Below, piece after piece: positions 18,742-27,396 of a DNA stretch of 59,979 nucleotides. The position numbers were made by a program, and so were the translations under genes. The stretch's first letter is position 1. The number at the start of each line of letters is the position of its first letter. The notes beneath the pieces are model-generated. The model was not told where the DNA came from. It did not search any database and saw only the letters and a list, made by a program, of their open reading frames with translations. The stretch is taken from NCBI GenBank assembly GCA_916720745.1, contig CAKARX010000001.1:1-59979 (forward strand), given 5' to 3'. The DNA comes from an uncultured Atopobium sp. (GTDB lineage: Bacteria; Actinomycetota; Coriobacteriia; Coriobacteriales; Atopobiaceae).

Positions 18742-20235
18742 TTACTGCTCTGAGGGCATAAGGCCCTGATCAATTAACTGCTGTTCTACCTGGTCAAACT
18801 TTAGTGCATACGACGGGTGCAAGTTATCGGGCTTGTTCTCTGGCAAAAACCTCTGGTGGAAGTCCTCGGGAATTGCCACGGGATATTTGCCGCTAAAACA
18901 GGACTCGCAATAGCCTCTTGAGGGTACGCACGCCAGCAGGCCCTCGAGGCTCAAGAAGCCCAATGAATCTGCGCCGATATACTCGCAAATTTCTTCTGTA
19001 CTCATTTTTGCTGCAACAAGCTGGTGCTGATCAGCGGTATCAATGCCGTAGAAGCAGGGCCACGCTACCTTAGGAGAAGCGCTTCTGACGTGCACTTCTG
19101 TAGCTCCCGCATCTCTGAGCAGCTGAACAATCTGCTTTGAAGTAGTACCGCGAACAACAGAATCGTCCACCATCACAATGCGTTTATCTGCAACAACGTC
19201 CGAAAGTGCGTTGAGCTTCAGACGAACGCCCAGCTCACGAAGCTGCTGTGTAGGCTGAATGAATGTCCTGGCAACGTAGCGATTCTTGATGAGGCCGGTA
19301 CCAAATGGCACGTCCAGCTCTTGTGCAAAGCCCTCAGCTGCAGGAACACCGGAATCTGGTACACCAATTACCAGGTCAACGTCTGCTGGCGTCTCTTTTG
19401 CCAGCTGACGGCCCATCTGGTGACGGACAGAATATACCGAGCGACCACTGATAATAGAGTCAGGGCGCGAGAAATACACCTGCTCAAAAATGCAGTCTGC
19501 CTGCTGACGAGGAGCAAGTCCCATCTCAGAAGACAGGCCATTGTCTGAGATACGGATAATCTCGCCGGGAGCAACCTCGCGCACATACGTGGCGCCCACA
19601 ATATCCAGCGCGCACGTCTCGGATGCGACTACCCAGTTATTCTCACCTTCCTCGCCAATATGGCCAAGTACCAGCGGACGGATGCCGTTTGGGTCCCTAA
19701 ACGCATACAGTGCGTTCTCGCGGATGAGCACCATGGCGTAGCCGCCCTCGATGAGGTTCATAGTTGCGGCGATGCCGGTGCGCAGTCGGTGCGTTTGACG
19801 CGTGAAGTAGCCAATGAGCTGGGCTGCTACCTCGGAATCCGTGTTGGATCTAAAGGAAATCTGGCGAGAAGACAGTTCTTCTCGCAAGGAGTCAAAGTTA
19901 ACGAGGGTGCCGTTGTGCGCCAGAGCAATGAGGGTCTCGTCGATGGACGACATGTGAGGCTGAGCCGACTCCCAGCCCTTGGCACCCGCAGTGCCGTAGC
20001 GGCAGTGGCCGATAGCCACTTTACCTGGCATTGCGTTGAGATCGTCGTTGTTAAAAACTTCAGTTACGAGGCCCGTGTCTTTTCTGATAAGCACGGTCTG
20101 GCCGTCGCCGACGGCTATACCTGCGGAATCTTGCCCGCGATGCTGCAGCGCGTGCAGCGCAAAATAAGTGAGTCGAGCAACGTCACGGTCAGGCGCCCAT
20201 ACTCCAAAGACGCCACATTCCTCGTGAAGTTCCAT
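18742..20235 (-). CDS. purF: Amidophosphoribosyltransferase
   Basis: EECGVFG, LQHRGQDSAG, AHNG, SRPDS and VDDSVVRGTT. ATG 20235 has a GGAGG RBS; GTG 20268 is an alternative start. Confidence 0.95.
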   Translation of the reverse strand: MELHEECGVFGVWAPDRDVARLTYFALHALQHRGQDSAGIAVGDGQTVLIRKDTGLVTEVFNNDDLNAMPGKVAIGHCRYGTAGAKGWESAQPHMSSIDETLIALAHNGTLVNFDSLREELSSRQISFRSNTDSEVAAQLIGYFTRQTHRLRTGIAATMNLIEGGYAMVLIRENALYAFRDPNGIRPLVLGHIGEEGENNWVVASETCALDIVGATYVREVAPGEIIRISDNGLSSEMGLAPRQQADCIFEQVYFSRPDSIISGRSVYSVRHQMGRQLAKETPADVDLVIGVPDSGVPAAEGFAQELDVPFGTGLIKNRYVARTFIQPTQQLRELGVRLKLNALSDVVADKRIVMVDDSVVRGTTSKQIVQLLRDAGATEVHVRSASPKVAWPCFYGIDTADQHQLVAAKMSTEEICEYIGADSLGFLSLEGLLACVPSRGYCESCFSGKYPVAIPEDFHQRFLPENKPDNLHPSYALKFDQVEQQLIDQGLMPSEQ

Positions 20236-20330
20236 TGGATCCCCTCCGGATGCCTCGGCCTGAGTCACCCTTGATCAAACGTCTCTCACGTTTGGCAACA
20301 GTACATACAGTGTACCTGGAAATTTGCAAG

Positions 20331-20362
20331 AAAAAGCGCTCCGAACAAATATGTTCGGAGCG
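20331..20362 (-). terminator. Intrinsic terminator of the sortase gene
   Basis: CGCTCCGAACA / TGTTCGGAGCG stem, U-tract on the minus strand. Confidence 0.75.
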
Positions 20363-20443
20363 TGTAACAATTTTTTAAGAAAGTAGCATTTTGTAGAGCT
20401 TAACGGACCGCTCTTGCCAGAGTTTCTGCCGCCTGTGCACCAG

Positions 20444-21382
20444 CTACTGAGCCTTTGGCTGAGCCTCTGTCTTTGGTACGCAAATGAGCATGGTCCTTCC
20501 GTACTGGTCGGTGTAATTGCAGGTAAAGAGTGTAAGAACATGATCAGCGCGAGAAATAACATCTGCTGCATCGGAACGAGAACTTACTGCTCTAGAAAGC
20601 CTATCTTTTAAGTAAGACCTGAACGCATCGACAGAGTCGAAGTTAAACTGCCTGACTTCCTCGTCGTCTTCATCGGTGTGATAGGTAAACACAGGCTCAA
20701 GCTCATATGTCTGAGTAGGTGTGACGTACCAGATGGTGTCGACCTTATCAAAGGTAGACTGGTCATTCATTGCTCCGATGTACTGGAACATTGAGCCGTT
20801 TCTCATATGGTGACCATAGAGAATAGTCTGCTGGTCAGTGAGGCCGTTTGGGTTGTTCTGGTAGTCCATGAAAATCTGACCGCCGATTGACCATTCGCCT
20901 TTTGCGTTTGTATGCAGGTAGTGGTCGTTATCTGTGGTTTGATAAACAGGGTAGTTGACCTGTGTGTTTGGAATCTGAATCCAGCCGACTACCTGGTTAT
21001 TTACTGCCTGAAGACCAGCCCAATCAATAACTGGAGCCTCATCTTTTTTCTCGGAAACTGTTGCGTATGTTGCAAGCTCTTCGTTGATGACATCCTGCTC
21101 GTGATACTCAAGCTGAGTCTTGCCAAACATAACGCCAGCAACAACCAAGAGGCCAATACCAACTACCAGCAAGATTGTGGAAAGGATGTAGGCAAAACCC
21201 TTCTTCTTAGCGGGTTTCTCGCCAGACTTTTTAGGAGAGGTTTTCTTGTTGCTATCTTTTTTTGAAGAAGCAGCGCTTTTCATAGAAGCCATCCCGACGG
21301 AGGTTTTTGAGGTGTGAGTATTTCCAGCCGGCTGATCAGCAGCGGCGAATGAAGCAAAATGCTTGCCGTTTTTTGATTCCAT
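20444..21382 (-). CDS. srtB: Class B sortase
   Basis: Single TM anchor, VGWIQIPNTQVNYPVYQ, YGHHM, TLFTC catalytic motif and downstream Arg. Confidence 0.85.
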   Translation of the reverse strand: MESKNGKHFASFAAADQPAGNTHTSKTSVGMASMKSAASSKKDSNKKTSPKKSGEKPAKKKGFAYILSTILLVVGIGLLVVAGVMFGKTQLEYHEQDVINEELATYATVSEKKDEAPVIDWAGLQAVNNQVVGWIQIPNTQVNYPVYQTTDNDHYLHTNAKGEWSIGGQIFMDYQNNPNGLTDQQTILYGHHMRNGSMFQYIGAMNDQSTFDKVDTIWYVTPTQTYELEPVFTYHTDEDDEEVRQFNFDSVDAFRSYLKDRLSRAVSSRSDAADVISRADHVLTLFTCNYTDQYGRTMLICVPKTEAQPKAQ

Positions 21383-21530
21383 GCACTTCCCTTCTGAAGG
21401 TACTCGTTTGTCATACCTTTGTCATACTCTTGTGATACCCCTTAAAAGTTTAGCTATGCACGAAACAAAAATCTCTGTGCATCTTATGAAGTCATCGCAT
21501 AATCACATTTTGCAGGTACGCAAAATACGC

Positions 21531-21567
21531 AAAACCCGCGCCTTAGGTTTTCTAAAGCGCGGGTCTT
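21531..21567 (-). terminator. Intrinsic terminator downstream of purE
   Basis: ACCCGCGC / GCGCGGGT stem with AAAA on the left. Confidence 0.7.
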
Positions 21568-21647
21568 GTGTGTGGGCACGCGGGTATGCGCGGGTGCTTG
21601 CGCGCGGGTATGCGCAGGTGCGGTTCTATTCCGGGCTGTGAGTCAGC

Positions 21648-22109
21648 TTATGCGTCAGCCATCTCGGCTTTGAGCTGGACGATCTTCTCGCGATACTCTG
21701 GAAGGGATGCGCCAAGAATTTGAGTAGCGTAAATAGCTGCGTTTTTAGCGCCGTTGATGGCAACGCAGGCAACTGGCACGCCGGATGGCATCTGAACCAT
21801 AGAGAGCAGGGAGTCCATGCCGCCGAGGTCAGAAGTCTTCATTGGAACACCAACGACAGGCAGTGGTGTAAATGCAGCAACAACTCCGCCCAGGTGAGCG
21901 GCCTTTCCTGCAGCTGCGATGATTACCTTGAGGCCACGGTCAGCGGCGGTCTCGGCCCACTGGTGAACCTTGTCTGGAGTGCGGTGTGCAGACGCGATGA
22001 CCAGCTCGTATGGAACGCCAAGGCGCTCGAGCTCGGCGGTGCATCCCTCCATAGTTGCAAGGTCGCTCTTAGACCCCATGATGATACCGACAACAGGCTG
22101 ATCTGCCAT
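21648..22109 (-). CDS. purE: N5-CAIR mutase
   Basis: [21 protein letters not shown] and [21 protein letters not shown]. Confidence 0.95.
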   Translation of the reverse strand: MADQPVVGIIMGSKSDLATMEGCTAELERLGVPYELVIASAHRTPDKVHQWAETAADRGLKVIIAAAGKAAHLGGVVAAFTPLPVVGVPMKTSDLGGMDSLLSMVQMPSGVPVACVAINGAKNAAIYATQILGASLPEYREKIVQLKAEMADA

Positions 22110-22225
22110 CTCTGCTCCTTTGTTACGTCTCTTAAAATAGGTGGATACGTCAAATATCCACCTCACAGTATAGAGTATGATTTTCTTGAACGTTGGTCCA
22201 TCAGTCCACGTGAAAGGAAACTGTA

Positions 22226-23095
22226 ATGAATGAAACCAACTCTGTTCTGTACCAGCGAGAAGGATCGTACATCCCTCGCATCGCCGCAGTGCACGACCTC
22301 TGCGGATACGGAAAATGCTCGCTGGGCGTAGCTATTCCGGTACTTTCTGCAGCGGGATGTGACGTTTGCCCTGTGCCTACGTCGCTTTTCTCGGCACACA
22401 CCAAGTTCCCTACGTTCTACATGCATGACACCACCAATATGCTCGAGGATTACCTTGACGCATGGCAGGAAGAGGGCATTGACCTGGACGCCATTTATTC
22501 TGGCTTCCTCGGCGCTGCTGAGCAGGTTGCGAGCATTCAGCGTTTGTACCAGGAGCATCCAAAGGCGCTTCGTGTTGTCGATCCAGTTATGGGCGACGGC
22601 GGAAAGATGTATCCAACCTATACGCAAGAGCTTTGCGATGCAATGAAATCCCTGGTAAACGGTGCAGATATTCTGACGCCAAACCTTACTGAAGCTTCGA
22701 TTTTGACTGGTATTCCTTATGCTGGTCAGGATTTAACAGATGAGCAGGTAGATGAGCTACTTGATGCGCTGCTTGCAATGGGTGCAAAGTGCGTCGTTCT
22801 TAAGGGTATCGTTCGTGGCGACGGCCTCATCCGCAACTTTGTTGCTACCGAATCCGAGCGCGGCGAGATTGTTTCTGAGCTTCTGCCATACATGCTGCAC
22901 GGAACCGGCGACCTGTTTGCATCTGCGCTTCTAGCTGCAGTTATGTGTGGTCAGGAAATTGCTGACGCCGTTGAATTTGCTGGTGAGTTTGTTTGTGAGT
23001 CCATGGAAATTACTCGTGAGCAGCCAAACTTTGAGCTTCGTGGCGTTTCGTTTGAGACAAAACTGGGCCTGATTACTCAGCTTCTGCAGGAGTAA
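22226..23095 (+). CDS. pdxK: Pyridoxamine/pyridoxal kinase (ribokinase superfamily)
   Basis: [30 protein letters not shown] and HGTGDLFAS. Confidence 0.85.
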   Translation: MNETNSVLYQREGSYIPRIAAVHDLCGYGKCSLGVAIPVLSAAGCDVCPVPTSLFSAHTKFPTFYMHDTTNMLEDYLDAWQEEGIDLDAIYSGFLGAAEQVASIQRLYQEHPKALRVVDPVMGDGGKMYPTYTQELCDAMKSLVNGADILTPNLTEASILTGIPYAGQDLTDEQVDELLDALLAMGAKCVVLKGIVRGDGLIRNFVATESERGEIVSELLPYMLHGTGDLFASALLAAVMCGQEIADAVEFAGEFVCESMEITREQPNFELRGVSFETKLGLITQLLQE

Positions 23096-23165
23096 AAGCT
23101 CGTGCAAGCTGTGCAGCTTGTGTAAAACCTCACGCTTCAGCGAAATCAATCATGATTCTTTGCCG

Positions 23166-23201
23166 TAGGTGCCTGCTCACATAGAGTGGGCACCTATTTT
23201 T
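23166..23201 (+). terminator. Intrinsic terminator of pdxK
   Basis: TAGGTGCCTGCTC / GAGTGGGCACCTA stem followed by TTTTT. Confidence 0.8.
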
Positions 23202-23314
23202 GTCCCAACGGCTATGCAAAGATTTGTCGCTATGCATGAAAATGTATTTTACAGGCACTTTATTCGTTTCATTTTTTATCAAACAAACATTGAGCTCCAA
23301 AATAGGGCGAAAAA

Positions 23315-23474
23315 GGTAAAAAACCCGTTTAGTTGGGGATCGAGCGAATTGATTAAAGATTTGATATTACTAAAAGGCCAGGTGGCGCTAATCGAACAGT
23401 ACATTGCTCGCTCAAAATGGCTCAAAATCGCCATGCATAAAGATCAAAACCTCCAACTAAACGGGTTTTTTACC
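23315..23474. repeat. 160-bp element bounded by perfect 22-bp inverted repeats (MITE-like)
   Basis: GGTAAAAAACCCGTTTAGTTGG (23315-23336) and CCAACTAAACGGGTTTTTTACC (23453-23474). Confidence 0.7.
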
Positions 23475-23604
23475 GTTTTGGGGCCAAAGTCGTCTTGAAA
23501 ACATCGATTCCATGACTTTTAGTCAAATTAACGTGCAAAGCCATTCGCCGTTCCGCCATTTTGAGGCGTGCCGACCTCCCGATGAGTCACTTCATGTAGC
23601 GCAA

Positions 23605-23645
23605 GCAAAAGAGCCGCTGGTGCCAGCGGCTCTTTTGCACTTTTT
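23605..23645. terminator. Probably bidirectional intrinsic terminator
   Basis: GCAAAAGAGCCGCTGG / CCAGCGGCTCTTTTGC 16-bp inverted repeat. Confidence 0.8.
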
Positions 23646-23660
23646 CTCAGGTGAGACAGA

Positions 23661-24584
23661 CTATTTGGTGCTTGAAGAACTGTCGGATGTACCTGTGGTG
23701 CCAGTGGTTCCTGTGGTACCAGTGGTTCCTGTTGTGCCAGTAGTGGTGTTCTTCTTTGTTGAAGAGTCACCACCAACGATTCCGCCAAGCACGCGAACTG
23801 GTGTAAATGACGTTGCAATCTGGTCACGCAATTCTTTTTGAATGGTGTCATTTGCACCAGTAATGACCATGGTGATGTTTACGCCATCAGAGGATTGCGT
23901 CTTTGAGAACGTAAAGGTAAAGATAGGTGTTGCGTCTCCACCAGGCTTAAGGAATCCAAAGAGCTGAGATTTCTGCAACTCACCCTGGTCGTTTCTATGA
24001 ACGCTAACATGATAGACAACGGTATTGATTCGTGGGTTGAGCAGCGCGTTAATAGCAAACGCCTGAGCCTGAACACTTGATCCGGCGTAGCATTCAAGCA
24101 CGTCTTTTGAGGTGGTGTCGGTAACCGTTACCTCAACGCGACCAGTGTTCTCGTCAGCTTCCTGAACCGAGAAATCTTCGGGGAACTGCGTGAATCCATT
24201 ACCCCACTCAACGCCTCCACGCAATGCGGATGCAACAGATCGTACCGTAACAGATTCAGTTAGATTTGCTGTGTTGGCTCGGCGAATAACACCGCAAGAA
24301 ACCTGCATGAGAACAACAATTACCAGGAAAATCAGAACAAAAAGGACTGCTGTCTTTGTAATGACCTTCTCGATATTTGATCCCGAAGGATCAGATCCCG
24401 AGAGCGGGTCAACGTCTACCGCTGCAGCTCCACCCTGCCTGCGAGCACGCTCTAGAGCTGCGCGCTCCTCGTTAGGATGACCTGTCTCGTCTACCTTGGT
24501 AAACAACTCTTCAGCTGCGTCAGCGTCAAGCGCGCCCTTCTGGCGACGCGCGAAGCGTGAACGTTCTGCATCATCTTTAGCCAT
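23661..24584 (-). CDS. Hypothetical single-pass membrane protein with (Thr-Thr-Gly)n C-terminal tail
   Basis: Charged N-terminus, one TM (AVLFVLIFLVIVVLM), putative extracellular domain; GAGAGAG RBS. Confidence 0.75.
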   Translation of the reverse strand: MAKDDAERSRFARRQKGALDADAAEELFTKVDETGHPNEERAALERARRQGGAAAVDVDPLSGSDPSGSNIEKVITKTAVLFVLIFLVIVVLMQVSCGVIRRANTANLTESVTVRSVASALRGGVEWGNGFTQFPEDFSVQEADENTGRVEVTVTDTTSKDVLECYAGSSVQAQAFAINALLNPRINTVVYHVSVHRNDQGELQKSQLFGFLKPGGDATPIFTFTFSKTQSSDGVNITMVITGANDTIQKELRDQIATSFTPVRVLGGIVGGDSSTKKNTTTGTTGTTGTTGTTGTTGTSDSSSSTK

Positions 24585-24720
24585 GTAGCTCTCTCATTCA
24601 ACCTGCATAAACACGCTTTCAAGGCGTGCGATGCGTTGACTTTTGATCTTTGGTTACGAGCCGTCGGTTTGCAAACTGCAAGCTGCAAATCGCGTTTCGC
24701 AAAGCACCTAATGCTCTATT

Positions 24721-26529
24721 TTACCGCCTTGCGAGATTTGGCGCACCACCAAACTGCATTTGATAGTAATGAGCGTAGATTCCGCCCTTTTCTAGCAGCT
24801 CATCGTGGGTTCCGCGCTCAACTGCACGGCCGTGGTCGATGGTAATAATCTCATCAGCACCCATAATTGTCGAAAGTCGGTGAGCAATAACCAGCGTGGT
24901 CCTATTCTTTGCCAGCTCAGAAAGGGATTCCTGAACTGCACGCTCGGACTCGTTGTCCAAAGCAGAAGTAGCCTCATCTAGGATGAGCAGTGGAGGGTTC
25001 TTGAGGAACACGCGCGCAATGGAAATGCGCTGCTTTTGTCCGCCAGAAAGCCTTGTTCCACGCTGTCCTACCTGCGTATCATATCCGTCAGGCAACGACT
25101 CGATAAACTCGGAGATGTTCGCACGCTTTGCGGCAAGCGCAATATCGGCTGCGGAAGCTTCAGGGCAACCGTATGCAATGTTCTCCGCAATGGTGCCGTC
25201 AAAGAGATACACGTCCTGCTGGACCATACCAATTGCCGAGCGCAAACTATGCTGCGTAACGGAGCGAATATCCTGGCCGTCAATGGTGATGCTTCCGCTT
25301 GTAACATCATAAAAGCGTGGCAATAAAGCGCAGGTAGTGGACTTGCCTCCACCTGAAGGTCCAACCAGCGCAACAGTTTTTCCGCTCTCAATATGAAGGT
25401 TCAAGCCGTTGATAACGTCTTCAGCGTTGTTGTAAGAAAAATGAACGTCCTGGTAGATGATGTCGCCAGCAGTAATCTGAATGTCGTGAGCATCAGGCGC
25501 ATCTTGAATATCTGGCTGAGTTTCAAGAATTTCCGAGAAACGCTTAAAGCCCGCAAGACCCTTCTGGAACGTCTCGGTAAAGTTCAGAATGTTCATGATT
25601 GGCGTGGTGAACAGCGAGATGTAAAGCGCATACGTAGCCAGGTCAATGGCTTGCATCTGACCTTGAGCAATCATCCAGCCGCCCAAAACCAACACTACAG
25701 TGTTCAAAACGCCCATCATGCCCGAGATGGCAGCTTGGTACCTGCCCATAGCCTGGTACATATTGGCCTTGGAGTCTAAGTATGCCGAGTTACTTGCCCT
25801 AAATTTCTTGCGCTCGTGATCTTCTGCCGCAAAACCCTTAACCACGCGAATACCAGAAAGCGAGTCTTCTAGCTGGGTATTTACGTCGGAAATGCGCATG
25901 CGGTTCTCTTTAAAAATACCGCGCATGTGCATGTTGGCAAAGAAATTGAACACCACTAACGCAGCAGCAATTCCAGCAAGCACCAGCGTAAGAGGCACAT
26001 TGATAAACGTCAGAATAACAAAAGAGCCAGCAATCTCAAGCAGGCCAATAATCAGATACTCGGGACCGTGGTGCGCCGTCTCAGAAATGTCAAACAAGTC
26101 AGATACTAGGCGACTCATCAGATCGCCCGTCTTGTGGCGATCATAATACGAGAAACTCATGCGCTCGTACGCGTCAAACAGGTCTTCTCGCATCTTGCTT
26201 TCCATGCGGGCGCCCATGATGTGTCCCCAGCTAATAACAAAGTAGCGGCACAGAAAGTGGACAAAGTACATGACCACGAGGCCAACGGCAATAAATACCA
26301 AGCTGCCAAGAATGGCATCTTTACCCTGCGTAAATAGTCCCTTTGTGAGCGCTCGCAGAATTTGAGGGAACGCCAGCTCGATGCAAGCCAAAATGATGGC
26401 GCAGATAGTGTCCAGAATGAACAGGTGCTTTTGTGGAGCGTAATAAGAAAGAAAACTGGCAAACAGCGATTTGCGGTGTTTGCCAGGGACGTTGTTACCA
26501 GGTACAGGGCGAGAAGAACGATCAAGCAT
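24721..26529 (-). CDS. ABC exporter, fused permease/ATP-binding (MsbA/Sav1866-like)
   Basis: 6-TM domain plus GPSGGGKST, LSGGQKQR, LDEATSALD and IAHRLSTI. Confidence 0.92.
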   Translation of the reverse strand: MLDRSSRPVPGNNVPGKHRKSLFASFLSYYAPQKHLFILDTICAIILACIELAFPQILRALTKGLFTQGKDAILGSLVFIAVGLVVMYFVHFLCRYFVISWGHIMGARMESKMREDLFDAYERMSFSYYDRHKTGDLMSRLVSDLFDISETAHHGPEYLIIGLLEIAGSFVILTFINVPLTLVLAGIAAALVVFNFFANMHMRGIFKENRMRISDVNTQLEDSLSGIRVVKGFAAEDHERKKFRASNSAYLDSKANMYQAMGRYQAAISGMMGVLNTVVLVLGGWMIAQGQMQAIDLATYALYISLFTTPIMNILNFTETFQKGLAGFKRFSEILETQPDIQDAPDAHDIQITAGDIIYQDVHFSYNNAEDVINGLNLHIESGKTVALVGPSGGGKSTTCALLPRFYDVTSGSITIDGQDIRSVTQHSLRSAIGMVQQDVYLFDGTIAENIAYGCPEASAADIALAAKRANISEFIESLPDGYDTQVGQRGTRLSGGQKQRISIARVFLKNPPLLILDEATSALDNESERAVQESLSELAKNRTTLVIAHRLSTIMGADEIITIDHGRAVERGTHDELLEKGGIYAHYYQMQFGGAPNLARR

Positions 26530-26535
26530 GCGTAA

Positions 26536-27381
26536 TTACTCCATAGGCAATCGGTGTGAAATTGAATCGCAGATAAGAGCTCCAATGATAGTCTTTGCGT
26601 CCTCGATTTTGCCATCGAGAACAGCGTCTACCAGCTCAGATAGTGGAACAAGATCAACGTTAATGAATTCGTCGGCATCTGGGTCTGACCCCTCAAAGGT
26701 CAGCTCAGTTGCCATGTAAAGGTGAATAAGCTCGTCGGTAAATCCATCGGAAGTAGCAGTGGTGGTGAGAAAAGCCATCTTCCCCGCCTTCATTCCTGTC
26801 TCTTCCAGCAGCTCACGATGGGCACAATCCAGAGGATCCTCACCTGGGTCAAGCTTTCCCGCAGGTAGCTCAACTGTTACACGACCAAGCGCAGTTCGAT
26901 ACTGACGAACCAGGCAAATTCTGCCCTCATCAGTCAGCGCAACAATAGCCACAGCTCCTGGATGACGCACAACATCGCGAAGAGCAGTGCGTCCATCAGG
27001 GAGAGAAACACGAAGACGATTCACGTCAAAAATGCGACCAACCCAGACGGTATCCTCAGAGAGAGGCTTTTCTTCCAGAGAAGCGTCGCGCGCATCCTCT
27101 GTACCTGCGACAAAGCTGCGTTTTTGTGGCTCACCTGAATGATGATAGGCGGCATCGCCCACAGTAACGCGCTCCCCATCGTAAGTAAGCGAATTAACCG
27201 CTGAGTGCAAATCATTGCGAGCAGAGTCAAATACCTCTGGAGTTACCTGCATGTCAGCGTCGAGAATCTCTGGCTCAGTAGACTGCATGTCATCAAACAC
27301 GTCGTTAAACTGAGCGCTGGTCTGATTACTGTTCCAGGCGCCGTCCTGCACGTTGGTTTTCTCGTCATTTTGATTTGCCAT
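26536..27381 (-). CDS. NUDIX hydrolase, ADP-ribose pyrophosphatase-like, with acidic N-terminal extension
   Basis: HPGAV, VRQYR and Nudix box GKLDPGEDPLDCAHRELLEETG, then IEDAKT. Confidence 0.88.
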   Translation of the reverse strand: MANQNDEKTNVQDGAWNSNQTSAQFNDVFDDMQSTEPEILDADMQVTPEVFDSARNDLHSAVNSLTYDGERVTVGDAAYHHSGEPQKRSFVAGTEDARDASLEEKPLSEDTVWVGRIFDVNRLRVSLPDGRTALRDVVRHPGAVAIVALTDEGRICLVRQYRTALGRVTVELPAGKLDPGEDPLDCAHRELLEETGMKAGKMAFLTTTATSDGFTDELIHLYMATELTFEGSDPDADEFINVDLVPLSELVDAVLDGKIEDAKTIIGALICDSISHRLPME

Positions 27382-27396
27382 AGCCACTAACCTCAA

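Noticed and set aside
20342..20357. LexA/SOS box upstream of purF (CGAAC-AAATAT-GTTCG)
   Set aside because: The spacer is 6 bp rather than 4, and the sequence is explained as the sortase terminator stem.
20236..20443. Purine or ZTP riboswitch upstream of purF (also checked upstream of purE and purA)
   Set aside because: No recognisable aptamer consensus by eye; only simple hairpins are present. An Infernal scan would be needed to exclude it fully.
23169..23857. ORFs 23169-23498, 23512-23841 and 23528-23857
   Set aside because: They start in or cross terminators, or are alternative frames of the Thr-Gly repeat; no coding signal.
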